This document shows positions 22,859-34,806 of a stretch of DNA of 64,000 nt, piece by piece. Position 1 is the stretch's first letter. Every line of letters begins with the position of its first letter. Below the pieces are notes generated by a model. It ran no database searches and was not told the DNA's origin. It saw only the letters and a program-made list of their open reading frames with translations. This stretch comes from Prorocentrum cordatum (Eukaryota). Position numbers and translations under genes: made by a program. Where the stretch lies: NCBI GenBank assembly GCA_963575745.1, contig CAUYUJ010000036.1:1-64000 (forward strand). Reading direction: 5' to 3'.

Positions 22859-23260
22859 TCCTATTCCTCCTCCTCCTCCTCCTCCTCCTCCTCCCGCTTC
22901 TCCTCCCTCCTCCTCCTCCTCCTCTCCCGTCTCCCTCCTCCCTACTCCCTCCTCCCTCCACCCTCCTTCCTCCTGCCTCAGTCCTGTGTCCTCAGTCCTC
23001 CGTGCTCCCTCCTTATTCCCTCCTTCTTCCCTCCTTCTTCCCTCCTTCTTCCCTCCTTCCTCCTTCCCCCGCGCCTCCTTCCTCCTGCCTCTTGCCTCCT
23101 TCCTCCTTCCTCCTTCCTCCTCCTCTTCCTCCTTCCTCCTTCCTCCTGCCTCCTCCACCTCCTCCTCCTCCTCCACCTCCTCTTCCTCATCCTCCTCCTC
23201 CTCCTCCTTCTTCCTCCTCCTCCACCTCCTTCTTCCTCCTCCTCCTCCTCCTCCTCCTCC
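17340..23260. repeat. ~6-kb compound microsatellite field of alternating (CCT)n and (CAT/CAG/CAC)n blocks
   Basis: Direct observation; includes an internal diverged duplication (~17700-18100 versus ~18100-18480). Confidence 0.95.
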
Positions 23261-23283
23261 GCCCTCCCCCCAGCCGCCCCGTC

Positions 23284-23331
23284 CTGCACCTCCACGACGG
23301 GGACGCCCACGGGCACCTCGACGTACTCGAC
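23284..23331 (-). CDS. Exon of alveolin/IMC-like host gene: VEYVEVPVGVPVVEVQ
   Basis: Acceptor cagcag|G and donor CAG|ga; 48 nt, phase 0; unique GC3-rich island between microsatellites; joins the 7624 exon in frame. Confidence 0.8.
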
Positions 23332-23414
23332 CTGCTGCGCGCGCCCCCCCCCCCCCCCCCCCGTGCTACTACTCGGCGCGGCTCCAGGCGCGGAGCACGG
23401 CGGGATGGACGCCG

Positions 23415-23468
23415 AGGAGGAGGAGGAGGAGGAGGAGGAGGAGGGCACAGGATGATGATGATGATGAC

Positions 23469-23517
<49 letters not shown>

Positions 23518-23524
23518 CTGATGC

Positions 23525-23563
<39 letters not shown>

Positions 23564-23564
23564 C

Positions 23565-23617
<53 letters not shown>

Positions 23618-23950
23618 CGATGCTGATGCTGATGCTGCTGCTGCTGATGATGCTGCTGATGATGATGATGCTGATGCTGATGCTGATGCTGCTGATGCTG
23701 ATGCTGATGATGCTGATGCTGATGATGATGTTGATGATGATGATGTTGGTGATGGTGGCGATGACGATGATGGCGATGCGATGAAGATGATGATGATGGT
23801 GTTGATGATGATTATGTTGTTAATGATGAAGCTGATGATGCTGATGATGATGGTGATGATGATGCTGATGATGGTGATGATGATGATGCTGATGCTGATG
23901 ATGATGAGGAGGAGGAGGAGAAGGAGGAGCAGCAGGAGGAGGAGTAGGAG
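23415..23950. repeat. (GGA)n followed by (GAT/GCT)n microsatellite
   Basis: Direct observation; reverse-complement polarity to the field on the other side of the 23.3-kb exon. Confidence 0.95.
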
Positions 23951-24129
23951 TCAAGCTTGCCAGCTCGAGCGAGTCAAGCAAGGCATGCCCATTCCCACCC
24001 TCCCTCCCACAGCATAAAAAACAGTGCTGGCGCAACTGGGACCGAACTCAGATCGGCAAGGTGGTTTGCCACAGCTGATGCAGCCGCGATGGCGGTTACC
24101 GATTGGGAATCCCTGGCGCGTCTCAAAGC

Positions 24130-24365
24130 CTGCGCTGGCATAGGAAGCCCCAGCGAACTCCACGAAGCCCCAGAAAGCTTCAGGAGGGCCCAAGAAGCCC
24201 CAGGAGGTTCCAGGAGGCTCTAGGAAGCCCTGGGAAGTGTCAGGAAGCCCCGGGGAATCCCAGGAATCCCCAAGATGCCTCAGGAGGCCCCAGGAGGATC
24301 CACGAGGCCCTGGGGAAGCCCCAGGATGTTCCAGGAGACCCTGGGAGGCCCCAGGGGGCCCTAGG
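24130..24365. repeat. Degenerate ~10-bp minisatellite (CCCAGGAAGC-like)
   Basis: Direct observation. Confidence 0.8.
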
Positions 24366-24469
24366 CGCTCGACGAATTGGCGAGCGAAAAATGTGCGCCG
24401 CGCCTTAGCGGGAGCGCAACTTTCAGAAAACATGCGCGCGGCGCCGAAGCGAGAGTGACATTTCGCCCT

Positions 24470-24835
24470 GTCGCGCGCGATGTACACAAAGCCCCATTCC
24501 TGCCACGCGTTTCGCGAAGCCGACGACAAGAAAGTCCTCGTTGAGAAGAAGCATGTCGACTTTGTATTGACTTTTGAAAACCAAGCGTCCGCGCGCGATG
24601 TGCGCCGCGCCCCATTTCTGCTACGACTTTCGCATCATCGACGACGAGACAGGCCATGTTGAGAGGACAAACGGAGACCTTGTATTCATTTTTTACAGTA
24701 AGGATTGGAGGGCCCAGATTGACGTCCGCGCGCGACGTGCGCCGCGTCCTATTCTTACCGCGCATTTCGCATCGTCAACGACAAGGCAGGCAACCTTGAG
24801 AGGAACAGCGGACACTTTGTATTGATCTTTTACAA
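24470..24835. repeat. Three diverged ~120-135-bp tandem units
   Basis: cgcgcga(t/c)gt..tttcgc..cgac..ttgaga..ttgtatt..tttt recurs at ~24474, ~24592 and ~24729. Confidence 0.7.
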
Positions 24836-25439
24836 TCACGATGGGACCCCCCCCCGATGGGGTTGCTACCGGCCGGACAGATGGGAGGAGGAGGAGGAGG
24901 AGGAGGAGGAGGAGGAGGAGGAGGAGGAGGAGGAAGGGATAGAGGGATGAGAGAGGAGAGAGGTGCCGATGAGGGGCAGAAGGAGGGAGGAGGAGGAGGA
25001 GGAGGAGGAGGAGGAGGAGGAGGAGGAAGAGGAGGAGGAGGAGGAGGGAGAGGGAGGGAGGGAGGGAGGAGAGAGGAGAGAGGGATCGATGAGGAGGAGC
25101 AGGAGCGGGAGGAGGAGGAGGCGGAGGAGAAGCAGGGAGAAGGAGGAAGAGGAGGAGGGACTGCAGGAGGGGGAGCAGGAAGAGGAGAGGAGGGCTAGGA
25201 GGAAGGAGGGGATGAGGAATGAGGAGGGGAGGAGAGGGGGTTGCGGGAAGGAGCAGCAGAGTCAGAGGGGAGAAGCGAGAGGGTGCTGAATGAACACACT
25301 TGACGGCAGTTGGTGTTGTTAGCCCTGGCACCGCCTTTTGGCAGGCGGTGGGAAACTTCCACCTCCAAACTTCCCCCCCCCCCCCCTGGTCGTCCTCCCC
25401 CTCTTAATCCTCTTCCTTCCTCTCAGCAACAGAATCATC

Positions 25440-25947
25440 AGCATCCTCCCTCCTCCTCCTCCTCCTCCCCATCTTCCTTCTCCTCTTCCTCCTCCTCCTC
25501 CTCCTCCTCCTCTTCCTCCTCCTCGCTACCCACTCCTCATCCTCATCATCCTCCTGAACACCACCATCACCACCACCATCACCACCACCAGAACCACCGT
25601 TATCAGCACACTCATTCTCACCAACTGCTTCATCACCATCATCATCAAACTCACCATCATCGTCATCATCAGCATCAACAACAGCACCGTCAGCATCACC
25701 ATCATCATTATCGTCGTCATCATCATCATCATCATCAACATCATCATCTGCGTCATCACCATCATCATCACCACCACCATCACCATCACCATCACCTTTA
25801 CCGTCGCCATCACCATCATCATCGTCATCAGCATCATCAGCAGCAGCAGCAGTATCGTCATCCCCATTATTAGCATCATGACTATTATCATCATCAGCAT
25901 CAGCAGCATCATCATCGTCGTCGCCATCGTCGCTGTCATCGCCATCG

Positions 25948-25999
<52 letters not shown>

Positions 26000-26946
26000 A
26001 ACCATCAGCAAAAGCAGCATAATCATCAGCATCCCCATCATCAGCATCATCACCAGCGTAAAATCACCATCACCATCACCACCACCACCATCATCATCAT
26101 CACCACCATCACCATCACCATCACCATCACCACCACCATCACCAGCATCATCATCATTATCATCATCGTCATCGACATCGTCATCATCATCATTCACATC
26201 ATCATCAACATCATCCGCAGCATCAGCATCATCAGTATCATCAGCAACATCGTCATCATAACCATGACAAGCAGCATCATAACTATTACCGTTATCAACA
26301 TCATCTTCCGATCACCAGCATCGTCACCATCATCATCACCACCACCATCACCATCATCACCATCACATCCATCACATCCTCATCAGCACCACCACCATCA
26401 TCATCACCAGCATAATCTCTATCAGCACCATCATCAGCAACAACAGCATCACCGTCACCGCCATCACCACCACATCATCACTATCATCATCGTCACCACC
26501 ATCACCATTACCAACATCATCATCGATATCGGCTTCGTCGATTCCTCTGGGCCTTCCTGCGCCCGTGCGGCTCGCGGCCGTGTCGCCCCGAACGACCAAA
26601 ATAGTTACGCGCGGGTGGAGTGCAGTACTCCGTGTCTGCAGGCCGTGCGCTGTGCTTCCCCGCTGTGTTTGTAGCATCTTGATACTGTGCTTCGTCACAC
26701 GCCACCTGCAATCATCAGCATCAACATCAGCATCATCAGCAGCATTACCATCACCATTCTGATCAGCATCATCAGTTCCATAACCATGGTCATCGTAGCC
26801 GCCACCATCGACAACAGAAGCACCAATGTCACCAACATCACCACCTCAAACGTCAACATCCGCATCATCGTCCTCATCATCCTCATTATCTTCCTCCTCA
26901 TGACCATTGTAACAGTCACCAGCATCATCATCACCACCATCACCAG

Positions 26947-27026
<80 letters not shown>

Positions 27027-27114
27027 GCGTCATCATCATCAGCATCAGCATCAGCATCAGAATCAGCATCAGCATCAGCATCAGCATCAGCATCAGCATC
27101 AGAATAATAATAAT

Positions 27115-27168
<54 letters not shown>

Positions 27169-27170
27169 TC
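25440..27170. repeat. Degenerate (CAT/CAC/CAG)n field
   Basis: Direct observation. Confidence 0.9.
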
Positions 27171-27730
27171 CGCCTCTTCCTCCTCCTTCCCGTCCTCCTT
27201 GTCCCTCCTCCTCCACGGGCAAACGCAAGCCCCCCCCCACTGACGTGCGGAATCTCGCGGTAGACTGTGTGCATCTCGGTCCTCGCACCGCGGGGCGCCA
27301 GACATCGCGACCGAGAGACCCGGCACCCTTTGCCATCTCCTCCTCCTCCTCCTCCTCCTCCTCCTCCTCCTCCTCCTCCTCCTCCTCCTCCTCCTCCTCC
27401 CTTGCCCCCTTCTCCCTGATCCCTCCTCCTCATCCTCCTCCATCCTCCTCCCTCCTGCTCTCCCGCCTCCCCCTCCGCCCAGCTACTCCTTCAACTTCTC
27501 CCTCCTCCATCCCTCTTCCTGCAGGGCGTGCGTCACTTCACACGTTTCCTCTTCCACCTTCCCTCTTCCCCTTCGTGCAGGGGCCCACCCCTGTTCCTTA
27601 TTGGTAAGCACCCACTCCCCCAGGCGACCCGCCGCCAACCAGGATCCATGCTACCACCCCCCACCACCCTTGTCAAACATAATACGAAGTGGACTTTGAA
27701 GCAGAATCTTGCAGAACAAACTTCACAAGG

Positions 27731-27940
27731 CCGGTGATCCGGTGATCCGGTGATCCGGTGATCCGGCGATCCGGTGATCCGGTGATCCGGTGATCCGGTG
27801 ATCCGGTGATCCGGTGATCCGGTGATCTGGTGATCCGGTGATCCGGTGATCCGGTGATCCGGTGATCCGGTGATCCGGTGATCCGGTGATCCGGTGATCC
27901 GGTGATCCGGTGATCCGGTGATCCGGTGATCCGGCGATCC
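27731..27940 (+). repeat. (CCGGTGAT)n 8-mer array, ~26 units
   Basis: Direct observation. Confidence 0.95.
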
Positions 27941-28059
27941 TGTTAACAGGCGGAGTGCAACCGCAGGAGGTACGCCTGCGGCAATATGAAGCACGACCCG
28001 GACGTCTCTCGGCCAAGCCGACCGACAGAGGGCACGACGGCGTAGATCGCTCGGGCGGG

Positions 28060-28772
28060 CCGGATCACCGGATCACCGGATCACCGGTTCACCAGATCAC
28101 CGGACCCCTGGATCACCGGATCACCGGATCACCGGATCACCGGATCACCGGATCACCAGATCACCGGATCACCGGATCACCGGATCACCGGATCACCGGA
28201 TCACCGGATCACCGGATCACGGGATCACCGGATCACCGGATCACCGGATCACCGGATCACCGGATCACGGGATCACGGGATCACCGGGTCACCGGATCAC
28301 CGGATCACCGGATCACCGGATCACCGGATCACCGGATCACGGGATCACGGGATCACCGGGTCACCGGATCACCGGATCCACCGATCACCGGATCACCAGA
28401 TCCGCCGGATCGCCGATCATCGGGATCACCGGATTACTGGATCACCGATCACCGGATCACCGGATCACCGATCACCGGATCACCGATTCACCGGATCAAC
28501 ACGGATCAACCGGATCACGATCCACCGATCACCGAACACCGATCACCGATCACCGGATCACCGGATCACCGGATCACCAGACCACGGGATCACCGGATCA
28601 CCGGATCACCAGATCACCCGATCACCGGATCACCGGATCACCGGATCACCGGATCACCAGACCACCGGATCACCGGATCACCGGATCACCAGATCACCAG
28701 ATCACCGGATCACCGGATCACCGGATCACCGGATCACCGGATCACCGGATCACCGGATCGCCGGATCGCCGG
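28060..28772 (-). repeat. (ATCACCGG)n 8-mer array, reverse complement of the 27731 array, longer and more degenerate
   Basis: Direct observation. Confidence 0.95.
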
Positions 28773-28959
28773 GCGACCGGCGGGCGGGCGCCGAGTCGGT
28801 CGGCGGGACGGGCGGGTCGGGTCGGGCGGGTCGGCCGGCGATTGCCAATCCAGGGAGGCCCCGCCTGAGCGAGGACAGTATCGGTCATCCATGTTGATTG
28901 TTCGGTTTCGTGCCCCTCCCGCTGCCCACAGAGGCCCCCGACGCAGCGCGCAGAGGCCC

Positions 28960-29230
28960 CAGACGCAGCCTCACGGGTCCGCGCCACGCTACTCACACGT
29001 TTCGTGGCCCCCCATGGGGAGGCTCCGCCGCCCATGTCGGCATACCCCTCACACGTTTCGTGGGCCCCTGGGGAGCTCTACTTCAGATGCAGTGGCGCAG
29101 TTTGCCGGCATGGCCCTGACAAGTTTCGTGGACCAATGGGGAGCTCCACCGAAGATCCACTGGCGCAGTTTGCTTGCGTGCCCGCCGCTCACTTCGGCAT
29201 ACCTCTCACACGTTTCCGGGCCCAGGCCTG
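28960..29230. repeat. Diverged tandem units with core ctcacacgtttcgtgg..ggggag
   Basis: Core recurs about four times. Confidence 0.65.
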
Positions 29231-29926
29231 CGGTCACGGCCGCCGCCGCCGCCGTCGTTGTCGTCGCCGTCCTCGTCGCCGCCGCCGCCGTCCCCGCCGT
29301 CGCCACCGCCACCGCCGCCGCCGCCGTGATCGTCGTCGTCGTCGCCGTCGTTGCCGCCGTCGTGGCTGTCGTCGTCGTCGTCGCCCCCGACGTGCAAGGT
29401 TGAATGCGCCCATGGGGCCCATTCAGGCCCCGGGGTCCACAGACACGAGCCCGCGGAGCAATCGATATCGGAGACGGGTCGAGAGCCTCCGGGGAGCCGC
29501 CGGGAGCGTTGGTCGCGCCCGGGGCGGGGCGGCCCGCGCGGCCCCGGACGCAAGCGCCAAGGTCGGTGCGCCACAGCTCGGAAAACTGGTGCGCCGAACC
29601 CATGCGGGAGCCCTTCCCCGCGGGGCCGCCACATCATGTCAGTAATCCGAGCGGGTCGTTCCCAACCTTGTAACTGTCCTTACTTTTTTGGGCTTCTGAG
29701 CCTTGAATAGGGGGAGTATCAGGCGCGAGCCCCGCCCCAGATGTCAGGTCCAGCGCGGGCCTCCGAGGTTGAAAGCCCCGTTGTGTCCTGAGTAGCTCCC
29801 CCGGCCGCGTGCGGCGGTCAAGGGGGAGTTACCGGGTCGTGCTGGCGCAGAGCTTGCGTCACCACGGGAAGTGGCCACCTGTGCGTTTCCGATCCTCCCC
29901 TCCTGCTTCCAACCTTGTCGTCCTCG

Positions 29927-30754
29927 GCGGGAGACGGAACTTGACAGGGTTCACTCTCCCGCGTGCGTGTGGTCTGGGGAGGGAACTTGAAAAGGTTCCC
30001 TCTCTAGCTGCGGGAGAGGGAACTTGAAAAGGTTCACTCTCCCGCTTGCGGTCGGCCTGAAGGGGGAACTTGAAAAGGTTCACCCTTCAGTCGCGGGAAG
30101 GAGAACTTGCAAAGGTTCACTTTCCCGCTTGCGGTCAAACTGGAGAGGGAGCTTGAAAAGGCTCACTCTCCAGGCGTGGGAAAGGGAACTTGAAAAGGTT
30201 CACTTTCCCACTCTTTTGTTGGGTCTGGAGAGGGAGCTTGAAAAGGCTCACTCTCCAGGCGGGGGAAAGGGAACTTGAAAAGGTTCACTCCCCCCCTCTT
30301 TTCTTGGGCCTGGAGAGGGAACTTGAAAAGGTTCACTCTCCAGGCGGGGGAAAGGGAACTTGAAAAGGTTCACTTTCCCCTCGTTTCTTGGTTTGGAGAG
30401 GGAGCTTGAAAAGGCTCACTCTCCAGGCGGGGGAAAGGGAACTTGAAAAGGTTCACTTTCCCCTTCTTCTCTTGGGTCTGGAGAGGGAACTTGAAAAGGT
30501 CCACTCTCCAGCCGCGGGAAAGGGAACTTGCAAAGGTTCACTTCCCCCCCGGAGAAGGAACTTGAAAAAGTTCACTCTCCAGCCGCGGGAAATGGAACTT
30601 GCAAAGGTTCACTTTCTCGCCTGCGTTCGAACTGGAGAGGGAACTTGAAAAGGTTCACTCTCCAGGCAGGGGAAGGGGACTTGAAAAAGTTCACTTCCTC
30701 TCTCTTTTCTTGGATCTGGAGAAAAAAATAGGGAACTTCTAAAGGTTCACTTCT
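29927..30754 (+). ncRNA. Candidate structured RNA or retroposed element: 20 tandem stem-loops with core GAACTT-GAAA-AGGTTC
   Basis: Compensatory stem changes, a conserved U.G pair and GAAA/GCAA loops; followed by an A-rich tail. The repeat itself is certain; RNA function is inferred. Confidence 0.55.
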
Positions 30755-30762
30755 ACACACGA

Positions 30763-30845
30763 TTAATAAAAAAAAAAAATAAAAAAACAAAAAAAACTAA
30801 TAAAATAAAAAAAAAGAAATAAAAAAAAAAAGAAACTAGAAAAAA

Positions 30846-30888
<43 letters not shown>

Positions 30889-30890
30889 TA
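30763..30890 (+). repeat. ~125-nt interrupted poly(A) tract
   Basis: Direct observation; begins ttAATAAA; the only long A-tract in the window. Confidence 0.9.
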
Positions 30891-31081
30891 AGGTGTCCCG
30901 GAGGCTCCCGATTGAGATTCCATCGCAATCCACTCAGAGACGGGGCTCCCGCTCGAGACCCTGCACGGTGAGTACGTGAGTGTGCGAGTGCGTGAGTGAG
31001 CGAGTGAGTGAGTGAGTGAGTGAGCGAGTGAGTCAGTGAGTGATGATGGTGATGGTGATGGTGATGATTATGATGATGGTG

Positions 31082-31113
<32 letters not shown>

Positions 31114-31119
31114 GATGAT

Positions 31120-31150
<31 letters not shown>

Positions 31151-31239
31151 ATGATGATGTTGACGATTATGCTGACGATGGTGATTATGCTGATGAGAGA
31201 GAGAGAGAGAGAGAGAGAGGGGAAGGGAGGAGAAGGACT

Positions 31240-32230
31240 GCACGAGGGGGGGGGCCTCAGAAAGCAAGATGGAGGTCCCGGAGGTCCGCGGGGGGTTCCG
31301 GCTGCAGCTGCGAGGCTGTATGAGATGGCTTCCATTGAGAAAAGGAGGCATGATGGTAGGACCTTCTGTTGGTTAAGTGTGTGTTTCTATTGTTTTTCGT
31401 ACGTTTTTGGCGGATTCGGGAGTACTCCGGAGGTCACCAGAAATCTCCAGGTTGCCCGGGGGGCTCATGGATCTCCCGGTGCTGCGAGGAAGTGTTGTTA
31501 GCTTGTGCTTTTTTTTGTGTGTTTTCCGGGGGTCACGGCCAGGGAGTCCCCGGATTGCCCTCCGGGGGGCCCCAGGGGGGCCAAGACGTCCAAAGCGCAA
31601 AAAGCTTTCTCAAATCGTCCTGCATCCTCTCTCCGCTGTCGGCGGGGTCTCCGAGAGCTCTTGGGACGCCCGGGAGGATTCGAGACGTCGACTTCCTTGG
31701 CGTCTCCTCCCAGACTCCGGAGGTCACCGGAAGTCTCCAGATTGCTCCGGGGATCTCGCGGATCTCCCGGTGGCGCGAGGAACTGTTGTTAGTTTGAGTG
31801 TTTCTTGTATGTTTCCTTTTTAATACTTTCCAGAAGTCTCTGGAAATCGCCGAGACTCCGGAGGACCTCGGAGGCCCCAGAGGGGCCAAGACGTTCCACA
31901 AGCAAAAGGCCGTTCTCAAATCGTGTTCCCTCCCCCCTCCGCTTTCGGCGGGGTCCCCGAGACTTCTGGGAGGCCCAAGGAGGGCTTGAGACGTCGACAT
32001 CCTTGGCTTCTCTTCCTTCTTTCCCCGCCGGAGTCCTCGGAGGTCGCCAGGGGCCTCAGGCGTTGCGCGGCCCAACACGTCCAAAAACTTGAAGTTCGCC
32101 CCCTCCTCTCTCGGCGGAGTGTCCGGAGGGCCCAGAGGCCGCAGGAGGGACACATGCAGTGAAAGACCTGGAGCCTTCTCCCTCCTGCCTCGGTGGAGCT
32201 TCCGGAGGCTATTAGAAGGCCCACGCCGTC
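31240..32230. repeat. Diverged composite repeat (ctccggaggtcacc..tctccag and gagacgtcgac units)
   Basis: Two to three diverged ~290-bp cycles. Confidence 0.55.
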
Positions 32231-32240
32231 CAAGAAAGGA

Positions 32241-32622
32241 ATTATTCACGCTTCGCGTAACCCCGCCAGCCAATTCAGAAGCCCTGCCCATGAGAGCTGG
32301 CGGGAAATGGCAATACTAGACACATATAGTGAGTCAGAGTGAGCAAGGAGAGGGAGGTGATGAGGATGTTGAGCAATGCCGGGTGCCATTTTGGAGCATC
32401 TTCGCCCTCCTCCTACTCCTCCTCCTCCCTTTCCTCTTCCTCCTTCTTCTCCTCGTCCGCCTCCGCCTCCTCCTCATTCCTCCACCCCCTCGCGAAACCT
32501 TCCAAAACAATCCTGGGAGGGGAGGGGGGGGGTACCCTTCCCCGAAGGAAAGAGGGGTTTCTTTGGAAGAGGAAAGGGAGATCTCGTTAAACCGCCTGTC
32601 GCCCCAAAGGGCTGGCGGGATT
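32241..32622 (-). mobile_element. Helentron-like non-autonomous element
   Basis: Subterminal IR cccgccagcc / ggctggcggg; ACGC-GAA-GCGT mini-hairpin at one end and gccc-caaa-gggc hairpin at the other; no TSD. Confidence 0.6.
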
Positions 32623-32798
32623 CTCTTCCCTCCTTCCTCTGGAAGGTTTCCGTAAACTCCCGGAGAGCCTGCGGCTTCCTTTTCCTGCGTATCTTGCTTC
32701 CGCTTCCCCTTGCTTCGTCTCCCTCGGAACCATCGCCACGCAGGCTCGAGCACTCTCCTTGCTGTGGCACTCCTCGGCTTCTCTAGCACCGCCGGAAC

Positions 32799-34806
32799 AT
32801 GGGGAAATCGCAGAGGGAGCGCCGGGCGGCCGAGCGCGCCGCAGCACGCGAGGCCGGTGCCTCTGTGGCCGACGGCGTCGATGTGCGCGAGGCCGGGCCA
32901 GTCCGCGCCCCGCCTGTCCGCGCGATTCTGCCCGTGGGGCAGCTGGCCGTGGCTGCCCCGCCGTCGAGGCCGGCGTGTGCCGCGCAGCCGCCGAGGCCCG
33001 CGCGTGCCCCCAGGGTGCCGTGGGTCCCGCCCGCGACTCCTGTGGCCCCGTCTCCGGGGCCGCCGGCTGCGGCTGCTCCTCCGTCGAGGCCGGCGTGTGC
33101 CGCGCAGCCGCCGGGGCCGGCGTGTGCCCCCAGGGTGCCGTGGGCCCCACCCGCGGCTCCTGCGGCTTCTCCTCCAGTGAGGGCGGTGCCTGCGCCGTGG
33201 CGGGCGGCGCGGCCGCCGGCTCCGCGCGAGGACCGCTCTCGGGAGCGCACGCCGCGAGAGGCGGGGAAGGCCGGCGTGGCTGGGGCCCCCCGGCGCCCGA
33301 AGGCCCAGGCGCCTGACCTGGCTGCCCCTGAGGCGCTGCGCCAGGCGGACGCGCGCGACAACGAGGACGGGCACGCTCGGGAGCAACGAGAAACTCTGGG
33401 CGACATGCCGACGCCGCGTTATAACACTACCGTTTGTTTTCGCATGTCAGGCATGGCAGGCTCGGGCGCATGTTTATTGTTAGCCATCGGCGAGTCCAAG
33501 CCCTGTCCTGCGAACGTGGCCGACACTCCGCCGCAGCTAGGTGGCCTGGGCCCTCTGTCAGGGCTCGCGGCGCGAAGATGACCGCGTCTCGTCATCGGGG
33601 CACGCGACGCGAAGATGACCGCGCATCGCTCTCTGGGCCAAGGATTTGTTGGCACGCTCGCTGGGCCTATGTGCACCATCACGTATATTGAAGAAACAGG
33701 ATGCCGCCAGACAGTCAAAATGCCCAGTGCTTTTGAGGACACTTCCGGGGCCTCCGCGGACCTCAGAGATCCAGAGTGCGGCGCAAGCTATCGCGCCCCG
33801 GCCGGCCGCGTGGCCGATACCATCGGGCAAGCAGCGTGAGTGAGTGAGTGAGTAGGTTAGCTCTCTCGAAACCGACGGGCTGGCATCCCCCAAAACAGGT
33901 GCTCCAACTGTTGCGGGGCGCCGGCTGTTACGGGGGCCCCCCCTCGTGCCACGGAACGGATTCGGCTCCCAATCCTGTCAGAGCGCTGGGACCTTCTCGG
34001 CCGCAGGGCGGCTGGCTTCGGAGCGTGGTGCAAGCTATCGCGTCCGGGCCGAGTGGCCGATGAAAACCTTCCCGGGCTGGGCCCCCCCGGGGCTCTTCTA
34101 TATGTAGCCACTTCGGGGCTAGGCCCGGCGCCGGCCCCTGGAGCATCCAAGCGAGATTCGTTTGCTGCTGCAGCTTCCCCTGCCTCGCCAAACCTTTTGG
34201 GCGTTGTCCCCAGAGTTTCTGCGTTCGGTCCTTCCGAGCTCTCAGGAGTGGGGGGTGCTCCTCGAGACGTCGGAGCACGTGCGCGGGAAAACCGGCAAGA
34301 CTATCTTCAAGGTCAGCGGCGATTGAACTCGGGGGTCGGGGTGTCCAGCGGGGCCGCCTTCCGAGCCCGGGTGCGCCAATTGTGCAAGGTGCGCCCAGTG
34401 CCCGGTGCGCCGGGCGTCGAAGTCTCGCCAGGGGCGCCGTGCGTGCCTTGCCTGCGTCGGCCCCGGTCTTAATCACATGGCGACGCACGCTGCATCCCTG
34501 AGTTCGGTCGCCTGCAAGGCGCTCGTGCGCTGGGCTCCGAAGGCCAGCGTGTCCGCCGCGACCCTGAAGGCAGCGTTGGCCGACCTGGACTACAAGTTTA
34601 AGCGCACAGAGGTCACCTGCACAGAAAGGGAGCGGAAGATGCTGCAGAACTTCTTGGACGGGTGCCCGGGCCGCGTGCCCGTGGTCACCTTTGGCCGCGA
34701 GGTCCGGTGGCGCGAGCCGCGCTACGCGGACGAGGAAGGGTACAACGTCCACATCCTCTTCGGCGCGCGGCCGGCGCGCCCGGGCAGCTACGAGGTGAAG
34801 AAGTGA
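32799..34806 (+). pseudogene. Decayed CRESS-type Rep-like gene (HUH endonuclease plus SF3 helicase) with a Pro/Ala-rich N-terminal extension
   Basis: Ordered motifs VCFRMS (I-like), LVIG..HRSLGQGFV (II-like), RDPECGASY (III-like), IVQGAPGV(g)KS (Walker A with indels), ALADLD (Walker B-like) and LQNFLDGCPGRVPV; stops and frameshifts present. Confidence 0.45.

Noticed and set aside
17037..23176. Very long poly-His/Ile/Asp/Met ORFs (for example 1697 aa at 17344-22437)
   Set aside because: These are translations of stop-free CAT/CCT microsatellites with no coding signature.
27731..28772. Telomeric repeat, or SPDHRITG repeat protein
   Set aside because: The unit is unlike TTTAGGG-type telomeres, and the ORFs are by-products of a stop-free 8-mer.
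29565..29780. Group II intron 5' end (gtgcgcc; ggttgaaagccc)
   Set aside because: No domain V/VI or maturase was found, and such short motifs are expected by chance in GC-rich DNA.
29927..30754. CRISPR array
   Set aside because: The apparent spacers are two alternating, mutually similar sequences that pair across the repeat; there are no cas genes and the context is eukaryotic.
32385..32400. Relic dinoflagellate spliced leader (gccattttgg; also 37352)
   Set aside because: Only ~10 nt match; it lacks CCGTA and CTCAAG and lies inside repeats.
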